Assembly: GCF_018977255.1 (NCBI RefSeq)
Contig: NW_024704742.1
Coordinates: 137,084,001 to 137,148,000 of the forward strand
Direction of reading: 5' to 3'
Length of the DNA stretch: 64,000 bases
Origin: Callorhinchus milii
Lineage: Eukaryota
The notes beneath the pieces are model-generated. The model was not told the origin of the DNA, did not search any database, and saw only the letters and a program-made list of their open reading frames with translations. Positions 48,955 to 60,859 of this stretch are shown one piece after another (the stretch's first letter is position 1; every line of letters starts with the position of its first letter). The translations under genes were made by a program, and so were the position numbers.

Positions 48955-49585
48955 AGACCTAACTAATAGGTTAGTTCCTGGGATGAGGGGACTGACCTAT
49001 GAGGATAGGCTGAATAAACTAGGGCTGTATTCTCCAGAGTACAGAAGAATTGGGGGAGATCTTATTGAAACATATAAGATTCTTAAAGTGGACACTGAGG
49101 GTCTGTTTCCCCGTTGGGAGAATCTATAACCAGGGGTCAGAGTCTTAAAATTAAGGGTCAGCCTTTTAGAACAGAGTTGAGGAAACATTTCTTCACTCAG
49201 AGGGCAGTGAATTTATGGAATTCACTTCCCCAGAAGGCTATAGATGTCAGTCCTTGAACATTTTCAAGGCTGAGACTGAGAGATTTTTAAAAAACAGAGG
49301 GATTAGGGGATATGGGGATACGGCAGGAAATTAGAGTTAGGTCTGAAGATCAGCCATGATCTTCACAGCCATTGCTGTGCGCAATTGGCTGCCGCGGTCG
49401 CCCACAAATATACAGTCAATTCACTTTACAGTGTGTTCTGTGAAACGCTTTGGGACGTCCTCCCGACGTGAAAAGCGCTATATCAAATGCAAGGATTATT
49501 ATTATTATTATCTTATCGAATGGCGGGGCACAGGCTCGAGGGGCCGAATGGCCTACTCCTGCTCCTAATTCTTATGTTCTTATGT
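48955..49585 (+). mobile_element. CR1 LINE 3' end (ORF2 C-terminus and tail), interrupted by a SINE at 49363-49510
   Basis: RLVPGMRGLTYEDRLNKLGLYSPEYRRIGGDLIETYKILK..FFTQRAVNLWNSLP; tail ggccgaatggcctactcctgctcctaattcttatgttcttatg. Confidence 0.92.
49363..49510 (+). mobile_element. Young SINE A subfamily 3' fragment inserted in CR1
   Basis: cattgctgtgcgcaattggctgccgcgg..gggacgtcctcccgacgtgaaaagcg; apparent TSD atctt. Confidence 0.88.
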
Positions 49586-50280
49586 AATAGAGGGGTGTGG
49601 GAGAGGGGAATAGAGGACTGTAGGAGATTAACCACTAAACTACAGGCTCCACTAATGTATAGGTGAGGGCAAACTGGAGGGAATCAGCATATGAGTGAAT
49701 CCAAAGAACAGAAGGGTTAATCCAATTTAGCCGGTGTAATTTCTAGGCGTTTAGAGCTGTTTACACACACTAATGGGCCACTAATCCACTGCCTGGGACT
49801 GAGCCACAGATATATTACCCGCTTCTGAGTTAATGCCCTTAACGACAGATATAAACACTGCAGAGCACAATGTTCTTTACAGCATCACTTTCTTTTATTA
49901 AAGCTGGAGACAATTTCAAAGCCTCCGAGACTCAGCACAAGATGATGGCTGGCTCAGTGATCATTTCCATCACACAGCTTGGAGAACACACACACACACT
50001 CTCTCTCTCTCTGTATCTGTCTCTCTCTCTCTGTTTCTCTCTGTGTGTCTGTGTGTGTATGTGTGCCTCTCTCTCTCTCTGTATCTGTCTCTCTCTCTCT
50101 GTTTCTCTCTCTCTGTGCCTGTGTGTGTGTGTGTGTGTGTGTGCCACTCTCTCTCGCTCTCTGTGTCCGTCGCAAGAACATACAAGAATATAAGAATTTG
50201 CTAGGCGAAAGACCAAGTTCCATCCAGTTCGCTTTCCACCATCCTGGCAGTCACTTGATAGGTTGTGTCCCAAATTATAT

Positions 50281-50610
50281 GGAGTCCTGTAGCTTAGTGG
50301 TTAGAGCCTGGCTTCAATTCCCGGCAGGGCGAGAGGTTAGGCAAGTTTCCTTACTCCACATGTCTCTGCTTACCCAGCAGTATGTAGGAACCCGGTTGTT
50401 AGTCGATTGACGGATCACTTTTCCGAGATAATAATTCCTTCCCCCCCAAAATAATAATCCACGCCTTTTGGTGTGTGCAATTGGCTGCCGTGTTTCTCCC
50501 ACAAAATACGCAGTCACTACACTTTACCCTATATCCTGTGAACCTCTTTGAGACGTCTCAACGATGTGACAAGGTGCTATATCAAACGTAAGGATCATTA
50601 TTATATTATA
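50281..50610 (+). mobile_element. SINE family A
   Basis: ggagtcctgtagcttagtggttagagc..tail. Confidence 0.82.
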
Positions 50611-50807
50611 AAAGAGCCTCGAATTAGATTTAGAGCGCAGAGCTCCAGCGGTGGTTGGAAATAGCATCAGCGGAATAATAATTATAATAATAATAATTAT
50701 AAAAATAATTATAATAATAAGACTTCCATTCGACACAGCACCTAGAATGTTAAAACATCTCCAAGCAGGGATTTGATGTTATTTGACTGATTATTGACCA
50801 GGACACT

Positions 50808-50839
<32 letters not shown>

Positions 50840-51034
50840 AACTCCCTTCTCTTTTCCCTACAGAGCCACAGGATCTGTAACATCTACCTGAACAGGTACA
50901 GACGGGAGCTCGATTTTAACGGCACATCTGAGTGTAGCACCTCCGACAATACTCTCCCCTCCGCCAACCTCCACACCCCACCCCATCAACCTGGACTGTG
51001 AGCTCAAGGAATCTGACCTGACCTACTGTTTGAT

Positions 51035-51352
51035 AATAAGAATAATAATCCTTGCATTTGATATAGCACCTTATCGCGTCAACGAGACGTCTCAAAGCGC
51101 TTCACAGAATATTTGACTGTATATTTTGATGGCGAAATGCACAGCAGTGTCCCGCAAACAGCTGTGGCTGGAGTGACCAAATTACCAAATTATTTGTGTT
51201 TTTCGAAGGGATTATTACTCCCGGAAAGTGATCCGCCAATCGACTAACAACCGGGTTCCTACTTATTGCTGGGTAAACTGTGTGGAGTAAGGAACCTTGC
51301 CTAAGGTTTGGCCCTGCCCGGGAATCAAACCCAGTTTCCTCTCACTTGCGAG
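51035..51352 (-). mobile_element. SINE family A
   Basis: Tail; ccgggttcctactt; head partial. Confidence 0.85.
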
Positions 51353-51769
51353 GATTATTATTTACGGGACTCCAGAGGTAAGAGCGTGGTCATCTGAGCC
51401 AGGCTGACAAGACGTAGAGGATTAAAACAAGTTAAGGCCCCCTCCTCTCTCTCTCTCCCCCCCATCCCCCTTCCCTCTGGATCCGAGGATGTTGAGGCAC
51501 TAAGCAGAGCAGTCTCTCCTCTCACATATTGCTAAGTAGATTGTGGTATTAATATCAAGGACGTGACTGTTAACAAACATTTAGCCACCATTCCCTCCTC
51601 CTCCTCTCATTTGGGTAATGCACTTTCCCATGGTGAAGTATGCTGGGGATTTTCTGTGCCGAGACACAGATTAGTCCCACAGACTGTAATTATTAATACG
51701 ACTGATTTTAACACAGGCTAAATCCTGGTTATTGCTCACAAGGCGCACATACTGGCCATTGGGTAGCAT

Positions 51770-52182
51770 CTGTGTGTATATATCTGTGTGTCTGTGCCTA
51801 CAAGTGTGTCAGTATCTTTGTGGGTATTTGTCTGGGAGTATGTGTGTGTGCGGGTCTGCGTGCACCTATGTGTCTCTGTGGTGTTTGCGTCTTTGCTTGT
51901 GTCTGTATCTGCGTGTGTATGTGTGTATCGTGGGTCTATAAAGATCTGTATCTGCGTTTGTCTGTGTATGTGTGCCTCTGTATCTGTGTGTGTGTGTCTG
52001 TCTGTGTGTATCTGTGGGTCTATAAAGATTTGTGTGTGTCTGTGTATGTGCGCCTCTGTGTGTGTCTGTCTGTGTGTATCTGTGTATATATCTGTGTGTC
52101 TGTATCTGTGTGTGCGTCTGTCTGAGTGTGCGTTTGTCTGTGTGTGTCTGTGTGTATATCTGTGTGTCTGTATCTGTGTGTG
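51770..52182. repeat. TG-rich degenerate microsatellite
   Basis: (tgtgtgtc/tatc)n. Confidence 0.9.
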
Positions 52183-53409
52183 AGTAGGAGGTTTGTGGCA
52201 TTAAATCACCATTAGGGGGCTTTGAGCTCACAGCCCGACTGACCCTCCAGTGTAGTGCTGGGGGGGGGGGGGGGGGTGGGAGGGGTCGGGGTGGGGAGTG
52301 CTGCAATGTCGCAGACACCGTCCTTCAGACGTGACTTTAAAAATAAAGTCTGTGCCTGTTCAGGTGGACATTAAACATCTCCGCTGGAATAAGCGAAGAT
52401 TTCTCTCTCCCAGTCACTTGCTCAATAGCTGTTTGTGGGATCCTGCTGTGTGTCCCATTTTCCCCACAAAATACACAGTCTCTCCACTTTACAGAATATC
52501 CGGTGAAGCACTTTAAGACGTCTCAACGATGTAACATAGCACTACATCAAATGCAAGGATTATTACGATGACAATTGTCGCTCGTTTTCTCTCTCTCTCC
52601 GTGATTAAGTGTCTGGAAGGGGGCAGCGAAAGGCACAATCGAAGGAGGGCGAATCCGAAACAAACAAACAAACAAACAAACAAGGGTAGAAAAAAATAAC
52701 CGTCATTTTCTCTCCCCCTTCTCTCTTCCGTCTCGGTTTCAACGGGGAAGAAAGAGCCTCAAGGAAATATATCATTGCCGAATGAGAGCAGAGAGGAATA
52801 TTAAGAGCGGGGTCTGGTGAGAGGCACAGGTATTACACGGAGTCTGTCTCCTTTCAATAAGACAAATTTGTGTCGGAGGAGTTGTGCTTAGCTGGGTAAA
52901 CCAATTGGAAAAGAATGATTGGGGTTGGCTGGTGAGGTTCATCAGTGGCGTCTGTTTGAGGGACTCATTCATCAGAAGGCAAGGCCTGTTTACCTGCAGT
53001 ACACCTGTAAGGTATGCGCTGGAAATTGAACAGTCGTCCCGACAATCTGTCATCTTTCACACCCAGCTGCCTCGCCAAGCCTCCCGGCAGCTCTCTTAAG
53101 GTGGATTTTATTTATTATTATTTCCACGCACCCTCTCCCCCTCCTCCCCCCACCTGATTCGCAGGGGAAATGATAAAAATGGCCTCGGTGGTCAAAATCC
53201 AGGAATAACCTTAAAATAATCATTATATTGTACAATGATGTAGATTGTTATGCGGAGTAATAAACTTTGCTCGCAACAACTTGCATTCATGGCTGTCTGT
53301 GGGACACTGCTGTGCGGAACTGACTAGTACGTTTTGCCCACAAAATACACACTGAAGTCACTACACTTTACAGTATAGTCTGTGAAGCACTTTGGGAGAT
53401 GTCTCGATG

Positions 53410-53775
53410 ATGTGAAAAGGCACGATCAAAGAAGAAGGTGTTCATTTGCGATCTAAAGACGTGGAAGGAGGGGGCGAGGTGGAGGGATTGAGGAAGTTTC
53501 GGGGCATAGTGGCTGAGATCATGGCAGCCGTTGGTGGAACGGAAAGGATGAGACACAAGCAGGAAGCCAGAGCCAGCCGAGCGGAGGGAGCCAGTAGATT
53601 CTGGTGAGGTCTGGGGTGATGGGGTACAGAGTTTAGAGCGAGTGAGGATATGAGCGGTGGATTTTGAATCAGTTGGATTTTGTGGATAGTGGAACTGGGG
53701 AGACCAGTGAGGAGGGCATTGGAATAATCAAAGCGGGAGGTGACAAATGCGTGGATGAGGGTTTCAGCTGCATGA
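53410..53775 (-). mobile_element. Old L2 LINE fragments
   Basis: Minus strand LIHAFVTSRFDYSNALLTGL and HYAPKLPQSLHLAPS..FFDRAF. Confidence 0.75.
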
Positions 53776-54019
53776 GGGACATTCTGAGGCTAAAACACAC
53801 AGTCACTCCACATCACAGTATATCCTGATGTGAAAGGCGCTGAACCAAATACAAGGGATATTGTTATTATTAATAATAATATTTGCATTTTACAATGTGC
53901 CTTTCATGATAGGAAGGACGTCTCAAGGCATTACACAGAATTTTACTGATTGTGTGTTTTGTGGACAAATGTTCTCAGGAACGGACAGTGCCTGTGTTAT
54001 TTTGGAAGTTTCCCTGTGT

Positions 54020-54117
54020 CTGGAATAGAATAAACGCACTCTCTCTCTCCCTGGAGGGACGCACTCTGCTTACTTATTTCTGGAAAGAGTTGGGCACAGT
54101 TTGGCAAGAGCCAAGGT
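54020..54117 (-). repeat. Family U repeat fragment
   Basis: ctctccctggagggacgcactctgcttac..ttggcaagagccaagg. Confidence 0.75.
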
Positions 54118-54573
54118 TTGAGCCCTAACTCATTAAGTGAACAGCAAATCCCAGGAAAGTCTTGCTAGACAACACAGCCCAGCATGAAAAGTGTGAGAAT
54201 ATTGCCACCATCTTCCTGCCCACAGCTGCTTACCTCTCTGTAACCCAATCATGGTGGATTCCAAGCCCTGGAACATATGTCACAATCTCAGACTCCAGGT
54301 AAAGCCTTTCAGCAGCTGCTACCCCAAGTCTTAGAGTTTTCTCATCAGTTATCCAGTGGGCATCTGCCTTTAGCATGGTGGGAGAACCTCACAGGGCAGC
54401 TTGTGACATGCCAGCCATCTTGATGTTCTCGAGGTCCAAGCCCAATGACATGTACCAGGCTTACTCAGCACCAGCTGCTTAATCCAGGTCCTCAACACTT
54501 GCTGAGCTGTGTTGTCCAGCAAGACTTCCTGGGATCTGCTGTCCACTTAGTGAGTGAGGGCTCAGGCCTTGGC
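54110..54573. other. Element bounded by ~75-bp inverted repeats (unclassified, MITE/foldback-like)
   Basis: 54110-54184 vs reverse complement of 54500-54573: 66 of 75 positions match by manual alignment. Confidence 0.75.
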
Positions 54574-55099
54574 AAATATACATGTCCACAGGGTAGGCCA
54601 GAGCCCTGATCCTGGACTTTGCAAATGGGTCGGAGGGAGTTTCTCCTAGGAGCTAGGAACCATCTTCTGAGAAGTTGTCTAGTTCGATGGGGAGTGATAT
54701 GGAGGGATGACCTCCTGGCTAACACTATTTCTATATTTTACTATCAGACCAGGGGGAGTTGGTTAGTTGACACGTTGCTCACTGTGTCAAAACATAGTGA
54801 GGCAACAATAAACAAGACAAACAGGATACTGGTCTCAGATACACAGCTCTATAGTGCCTGGTCAGGCCTCGCATGGAGTAGTATAGTGTAGTGTAGTGGT
54901 TAGAGCACTTGTCTCACAAGCGAGAGGAACTAGGTTTGATTCCCGGGTGAGGTGAAACCTTAGGCAAGTAATCACTGCCGAGTTTCTCCCACAAAATACA
55001 CAGTTAATCCAATCTGCAATATTTTCTGTGAAGCGCTTTGAGACAGCGCTATATCCAATGCAGGGATTATTATTATCATTATAACACTGCAGCAGTGAG

Positions 55100-55335
55100 T
55101 CAGATTGTGAGGTTCACTACATATAGAATCATACAAATTTATAGCACAGAAAGAGACTGTTCTGGCCATCAAGTCTCCCAAAGAAAGCTTTCAAAACCAT
55201 TGCCCTGCCCTATCCCCACACCTCTTCAAGCCTCGAACCTTTGTAACCTGTCTACTTCCCTCTCGAAATGCACAATGGATTCTGCCTCTACTACTTCACT
55301 TGGCAACACATTCTACATCCCAGCTGTGTGTTCTC
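55100..55335 (-). mobile_element. CR1 LINE 3' fragment
   Basis: atagaatcatacaaatttatagcacagaaagag..ggccatc..tgcctctactacttcacttggcaacacattc. Confidence 0.7.
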
Positions 55336-56529
55336 CTAATTTCTCCTTTCTTTTTTGGACCACTTCTTCCAGCGTCTTCGATTTGCATATATGGACAAAG
55401 TATAAGGTCTGGACTGACCTTCCTGCTCCTGAAAATCCTCATTAAGATGGGATAGTGAATAACATGGGATTATAACATGGAAAGGCACTAGCTAACTCGG
55501 TAATAACACGGGTTAACATGGGACAGCATAGATTACATGGAAAAACAGGAAATAACATGGAACGACACAGGCTAACATCGGGTAACAGAATATAATAATA
55601 ATATAATAATCCTTTCATTTGATATAACGCCTTATCTTGAGACATCTCAATGTGCTTCACAGAATATGTTCTTAAGTGTGTATTTTGTGGGTGAAACTTG
55701 CACCTTTCGCCCCACAATATATGACATGAAATAACATGAAAAAGCACAGGCTAACATGGGGATAACACGGGGGAGCATTGACTGACACGGGAGAGCATAG
55801 GATAACACCCCAAGCTGGTGGGGTATCACATTGCCATGATAATGTGGCTGAGGCTATGTTTGAGGGCCACCTTAAGCCTGGCTGTGCGCTGAGAGCTCAG
55901 AACCTGCAGGGCTGCTGCTTTGATTTTCTCCAGCGTGAAGCCTGGCTCCAGTCATTGTGCACCCAATTACTCCGCAGTAAATTTCTCGGACGGTTCTTGT
56001 CGTGCTGTATTGATCCCAGGCGTCACCTTGAACTTGTTTATTGAGACATCAAAGCAGCCTCGCTCTGCTTAGCCATCCTCCCGCCAATCGTGTCCGCAAC
56101 ACAGCGACACACACATGTTCCGTGTCAGTCTGACAGAGGAGCCACAGGGATGGGTCTCCACGCCCTGCGGCTCAGACCATCGTATCTCTGACCTCTGCCG
56201 AGATTGATGGCAGCCGGTAACATACATCATTAGTGTCCATGTCATATTATCGTCCCTCAATTAGGTTCCTCACAAGCCACTTGTTCTACAAATGGATTTT
56301 CAATTTACTCTCGGCAGCTAGAGTCTGTCCGAGCAGGGTTTTTTTTCTTATTTGTGGAGGCAGCCAGCGTGGGTCTGAGCGTGTGTGGCTCTGTGTCTAC
56401 GTGAGTGTGTGTGTGTGTGTCTGTCTGCGTGTGTGGTTTGGGTGGCGTGTGTATAAGTGTCTATAGTTGTGTGTGCGTGTCTGTCTGTCTGTCTGTCTGT
56501 GTGCGTGTGTGCCCTCTGTATATTTGTCT

Positions 56530-56950
56530 AATAATAATAACAATAATAATCCTTGCATTGGATATAGAACCTTATCACGTCGGAAGGACATCTCAAAGCA
56601 TTTTATAGGATGACTGTGAAATTAAGTGACTGGGGATTTGTAGGCAAACACAGCAGCAAAATTGCACACAGGAATGTCCCAGAAACAGCATGGAGCGAGT
56701 GACTTATTTTATTTGGGGGATTGTTGGCCAAGATACCGGGAGAGAGAAACTACCTTCTCTTTTCCAATAGCTCCGTGGGGTGGGGTCTTTAATATCCACT
56801 TGAACAGGCAGATGGGACCTCGGTTTAATATCTCATCTGAAGGACGGCACCTCTAACAATGCAACAACCCTGAACTCTGCATTGCAGTGTCAGCTTAGGC
56901 TGTGTGATTCCAAGTCCCAATGTAGGGCTTGAACCCACAACCTTCAGATT
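56530..56950 (-). mobile_element. SINE family B
   Basis: Tail; core; ttgaacccacaaccttc. Confidence 0.88.
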
Positions 56951-57004
56951 ATCGGAAAACCGTGGATACGGGCTCCTAAATAGGCTTATTATAATGATAA
57001 TTAT

Positions 57005-57290
57005 AATAAATGGTCTCTAAAAGAAGCCGAGGGGCGGTGAGAAGAAATGTTTGCACGCAGTGAGTTGTTCGAATCTGGAAAGCATTGCCTGAAAGGGCAG
57101 TCGAGGCCGATTCGATAACTACTTTTAAAAACGCGGTGGACGGGTATTTGAGGAGGACGGGTTTGCAGGGTTATGGGGAGAGGGCTGTGGAGTGGGATTG
57201 ACATTACATTGCTCTTTTCAAAGAGCCGACACAGACTCGATGGTCCGAATGGCCCCTTTTTGTGCTGTACAATTCTATGATTCTATGATT
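57005..57290 (+). mobile_element. CR1 LINE 3' end
   Basis: ..RRNVCTQ*VVRIWKALPERAVEADSITTFKNAVDGYL; tail ttctatgattctatg. Confidence 0.85.
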
Positions 57291-57580
57291 CACTTCACAG
57301 GTTACACTGTAATTTTGTGGGTGAAACGTGGTAGCCAATTGCGCACAGCAGCGTCCCACACACAGTCGTGGATGAATGTGTCCAAATACATTCTTTTAAG
57401 GGATTATTACCCCACGGAAAGCGATGCACCGATCGACTAACAACCAGGTTCCTGCTTACTGTTGGGTGAACAGAGACGTGTGCAGCAAGGAAACTTGCCT
57501 AAGGTTTAGCGCTGCCCGGGAATTGAACTCAGGTCCTCTCACTTGTGAGGCGAGCGCTCTAACCACTGAGCTACGGACTT
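57291..57580 (-). mobile_element. SINE family A
   Basis: Body and head on minus strand. Confidence 0.85.
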
Positions 57581-57629
57581 GATTAGAGGAATGACAATGA
57601 GGTGGGACAGATAGCCTGACCTCTGTGTT

Positions 57630-58042
57630 GTGACCAGTCGCTGGGGGCAGGGAATCCTCCCACTCAGCTCCTGTTAACCCTGCAAGCCCAAGCCCTATGG
57701 GTAAGGTGGTCCCAGCTTGACCAGCCGTGGGAGAGTTTGCCAGACAGTGACATCAATGGCAAGCTATGTGGTTTCAGTTGGTCAGACTCCAGTAGTTACC
57801 TCAACGCACACTCTGGGCTCGCCAAGCCTTGGCTCTTGCCAACCTGCGCCTAATACTTTCCAGAATTAGATACGAAGGATGCCTCCCTCCAGGGAGAGAG
57901 AGCGTATTCCATTCCAACAATCTTTCTCTGGGATTTCCATGTGTAGGTGGGAGGCAGGGAGTTCTCAGTTTGGTTTGGAGACTCTTAAGCAACGGTGATG
58001 GGTTTCCGCGTGTGCCAGACACCCGGCTGAGCAAAAAAAAAT
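57630..58042 (+). repeat. Family U repeat, near full length, ending in an A-run
   Basis: gggcagggaatcctcc..gttaaccctgc..gccttggctcttgccaacctgcgcctaatac..gacacccggctgagc(A)n. Confidence 0.88.
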
Positions 58043-58444
58043 CTCTGTGTAGTGCTGTCTACCAAACTGGGCTTTAACTGGCCAGGGGAATGGACTTTGC
58101 AGAGGTTTGAATGAGAAAGCATTCCATCTCCAAGCTGACACTCTCTCACCTTGAACAGCACAAACAAATCGATAAAAATAATGCGGAGGTAGGAAAAGTT
58201 TTTTTTTTTGGGGTGGGGGTGGGGGAGAAAAAAAATAAAATGCAACAGGAAAGTGTCGCCTGAGGGAAAGGCTGGAAGATTATGCGCTCGATCGGTCAAC
58301 GGTGACACTCGACCAGAAATTGCCGTCGTCAAACTTTTTAATTCCTAATTCTCTGTTCAAATAAAATGATTTGACAACTCGCGCTGATACAGTGTCTCTC
58401 ACAGTGAGCGTCTCAAAGCTTCACGTCTCACACGTATGATAACA

Positions 58445-58635
58445 CAGCTTTGCCCCCTTCAAGGCCTGTCTTAAGACCTTCCTCTTTGACCGTGTCTTCA
58501 GTCACCCTCGTACTCCTCGCCCTCCCTGGCCTCCAACCCCTCCTGATCCCAACACCCAGCTCAGGTCCAAATGCCTGACCGTACAGCGCCTTGTGACGTC
58601 CTCCCGACGTGAAACGTGCTGTGTAACTGTAACGT
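58445..58635 (+). mobile_element. L2 LINE 3' fragment
   Basis: ttcaaggcctgtcttaagaccttcctctttgacc..gacgtcctcccgacgtgaaacgtgctgtgtaa. Confidence 0.8.
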
Positions 58636-58639
58636 GTCG

Positions 58640-59045
58640 TGTAAGTGCGTACACGCGTGTGTGTGTAAGTGCGTATATGTGCGCGTAAGTGAGTATATAT
58701 GTGTGGGTGTTGTGGGTGTGTGTGTAAGTGAGTATACGTGTGTGTGTGTGTGTGTGTTGTGGGTGTATGTGTGTGTGTAAGTGAGTATACGTGTGTGTGT
58801 GTGTTGTGGGTGTGTGTGTGTGTGTGTGTAAGTGAGTATATGTGTGTGTGTGTTGTGGGTGTGTGTGTAAGTGAGTATACGTGTGTGTGTGTGTGTGTGT
58901 TGTGGGTGTATGTGTGTGTGTAAGTGAGTATACGTGTGTGTGTGTGTTGTGGGTGTATGTATGTGTGTGTAAGTGAGTGTGTGTGTGTGTGTGTTGTGGG
59001 TGTGTGTGTGTGTGTGTGTGTAAGTGAGTACATGTGTGTTGTTGT
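58640..59045. repeat. TG-rich compound minisatellite (gtaagtgagtatac(gt)n tgtggg)
   Basis: Directly visible. Confidence 0.9.
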
Positions 59046-59374
59046 GGAACTGCCAGGCAGAATTGTTAGTAAAAAAAAACATAAATAGACTCATAAAAGT
59101 TTGCCAGAAACAGATGGCGCATCGTCTAGTAATATAACATCTCGGTTTATGCTGTACTAAAAAAAAAAGAGCTGAGCCTCAATAGCCCGCAGGTAAATCA
59201 CGAGCGAGGAAAAAAAAACTAATTTCATTTTCTATTTTTTTATTTGCTATTTCTTCCTCTCTCCGCCTGTCTCTCTCGCGCTCTCGCTTTCTCTGCCTCT
59301 CCCCCCCCCACCTACCCACCCCCCCCCCCCCCCCCCCCCCTCTCTCTCTCTCTCTCTCTTTTTTTTGTCTTCGG

Positions 59375-59845
59375 ACAACGCTGCCACATTTAATTTCGTT
59401 CCCGTTTCATGTTAATAAGGCGAGTCGTGTCCTCGGGGTTATGGGAGCGCGTGTGTGTTAAAAAAAAAACAAGCGTCTCACAATTACAAAAGGTAATTGG
59501 TAACCATTCTGCCTTTGAAATACTAACTGTAACATCTCGCTAGTTAATCTTTCCTTCTTGCTTCCTTCTGTCTCCCTGAGCCCGGTATAAACACCCCTCC
59601 CATCAAAATGTCATCTTCATTACCTCAAGGCAGGCTCAATCTTATTGTATTTCATATTTCCGAATTTACGCCCTGTGGAAATTGACTACAAAATCCATTA
59701 TCATTTGTGTATTTTAATTATGCAAATGTATCTGTGTGTGTGACTGGCGGAGACCAGCAGGGATTCACACAGCGCCATCATTACCACGTATCCAGTTCAC
59801 TCACTTCATTGTAACAAGCTAATTACACTGTTTTATTAAGTTTAA
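59375..59845. promoter_or_regulatory. Candidate conserved non-coding element / enhancer
   Basis: About 470 bp free of repeats; octamer ATGCAAAT at 59720, several TAATTA/TAAT, SOX-like CATTGT at 59807; inference only. Confidence 0.4.
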
Positions 59846-60859
59846 CACACACACACACATATATACTCTCTCGCACACACATATACTCACTTACACACAC
59901 ACATATACTCTCTCACACACATATACTCACTTACACACACATATACTCACGCACACATGTATTCACTTACACACACACATATACTCACACACTCACACAC
60001 ACGCACACACATATATTCACTTTCACACCCACACACATATACTCACTTACACACACACACACATAGATATACTCACATACACACACACATATACTCAATT
60101 ATACACACATATATGCACACACAACATACACTCACTTGACACACACATACAACACACACATATATTCACTTACACACACACACACATACAACACACACAC
60201 ATACTCACACGCACACATATTCACTTACACACACACATACAACACACACACTGACACACACACATATACAACAACAAAACAAGATTCCATTTATAGAGCG
60301 CCTTTCACGTCGGGAGGACATCCCAAGGCGCTGTACAGTTGGGTCAGGACCCGAGCATTGGGGGGGGGAAATGGTGAGGGTGAGGGAAGGGAGGGAGCGA
60401 GGAGGGGGTAGAGAGTCGAGAGGGGAGCTGAAGGCACGGTTGAAGAGCTACACATTTAAACACACACACACATGCTCACTTACACACACATACACACACA
60501 CACATATACACACACATATACTCACTAACACATGCACATACATATACTCACACACATACACACACATACCCACACACTAACTCACTCACTAACTAACACG
60601 TGCACATACATACACATATACTCACACACATACACACACATACCCACACATATACTCACTTAGACATACACACATATAGTCACACGCACATACATACATA
60701 CAGACATACACATACACACACATATACTCACACACACACACTGACGTACACACATACGCATATACTCACTCACACACACTGACATAAACACACATACATA
60801 CACATATACTCACACACAGACATACACACACATACACGTAAACTCACTTACGCACATAA

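Noticed and set aside
54335..54350. Hammerhead ribozyme core (CTGATGA..GAAA on minus)
   Set aside because: No stem II between CUGAUGA and GAAA and no matching stems I/III seen.
55450..55810. Degenerate (taacatgg)n repeat as a regulatory array
   Set aside because: Irregular decayed minisatellite interrupted by a SINE piece; no evidence of function.
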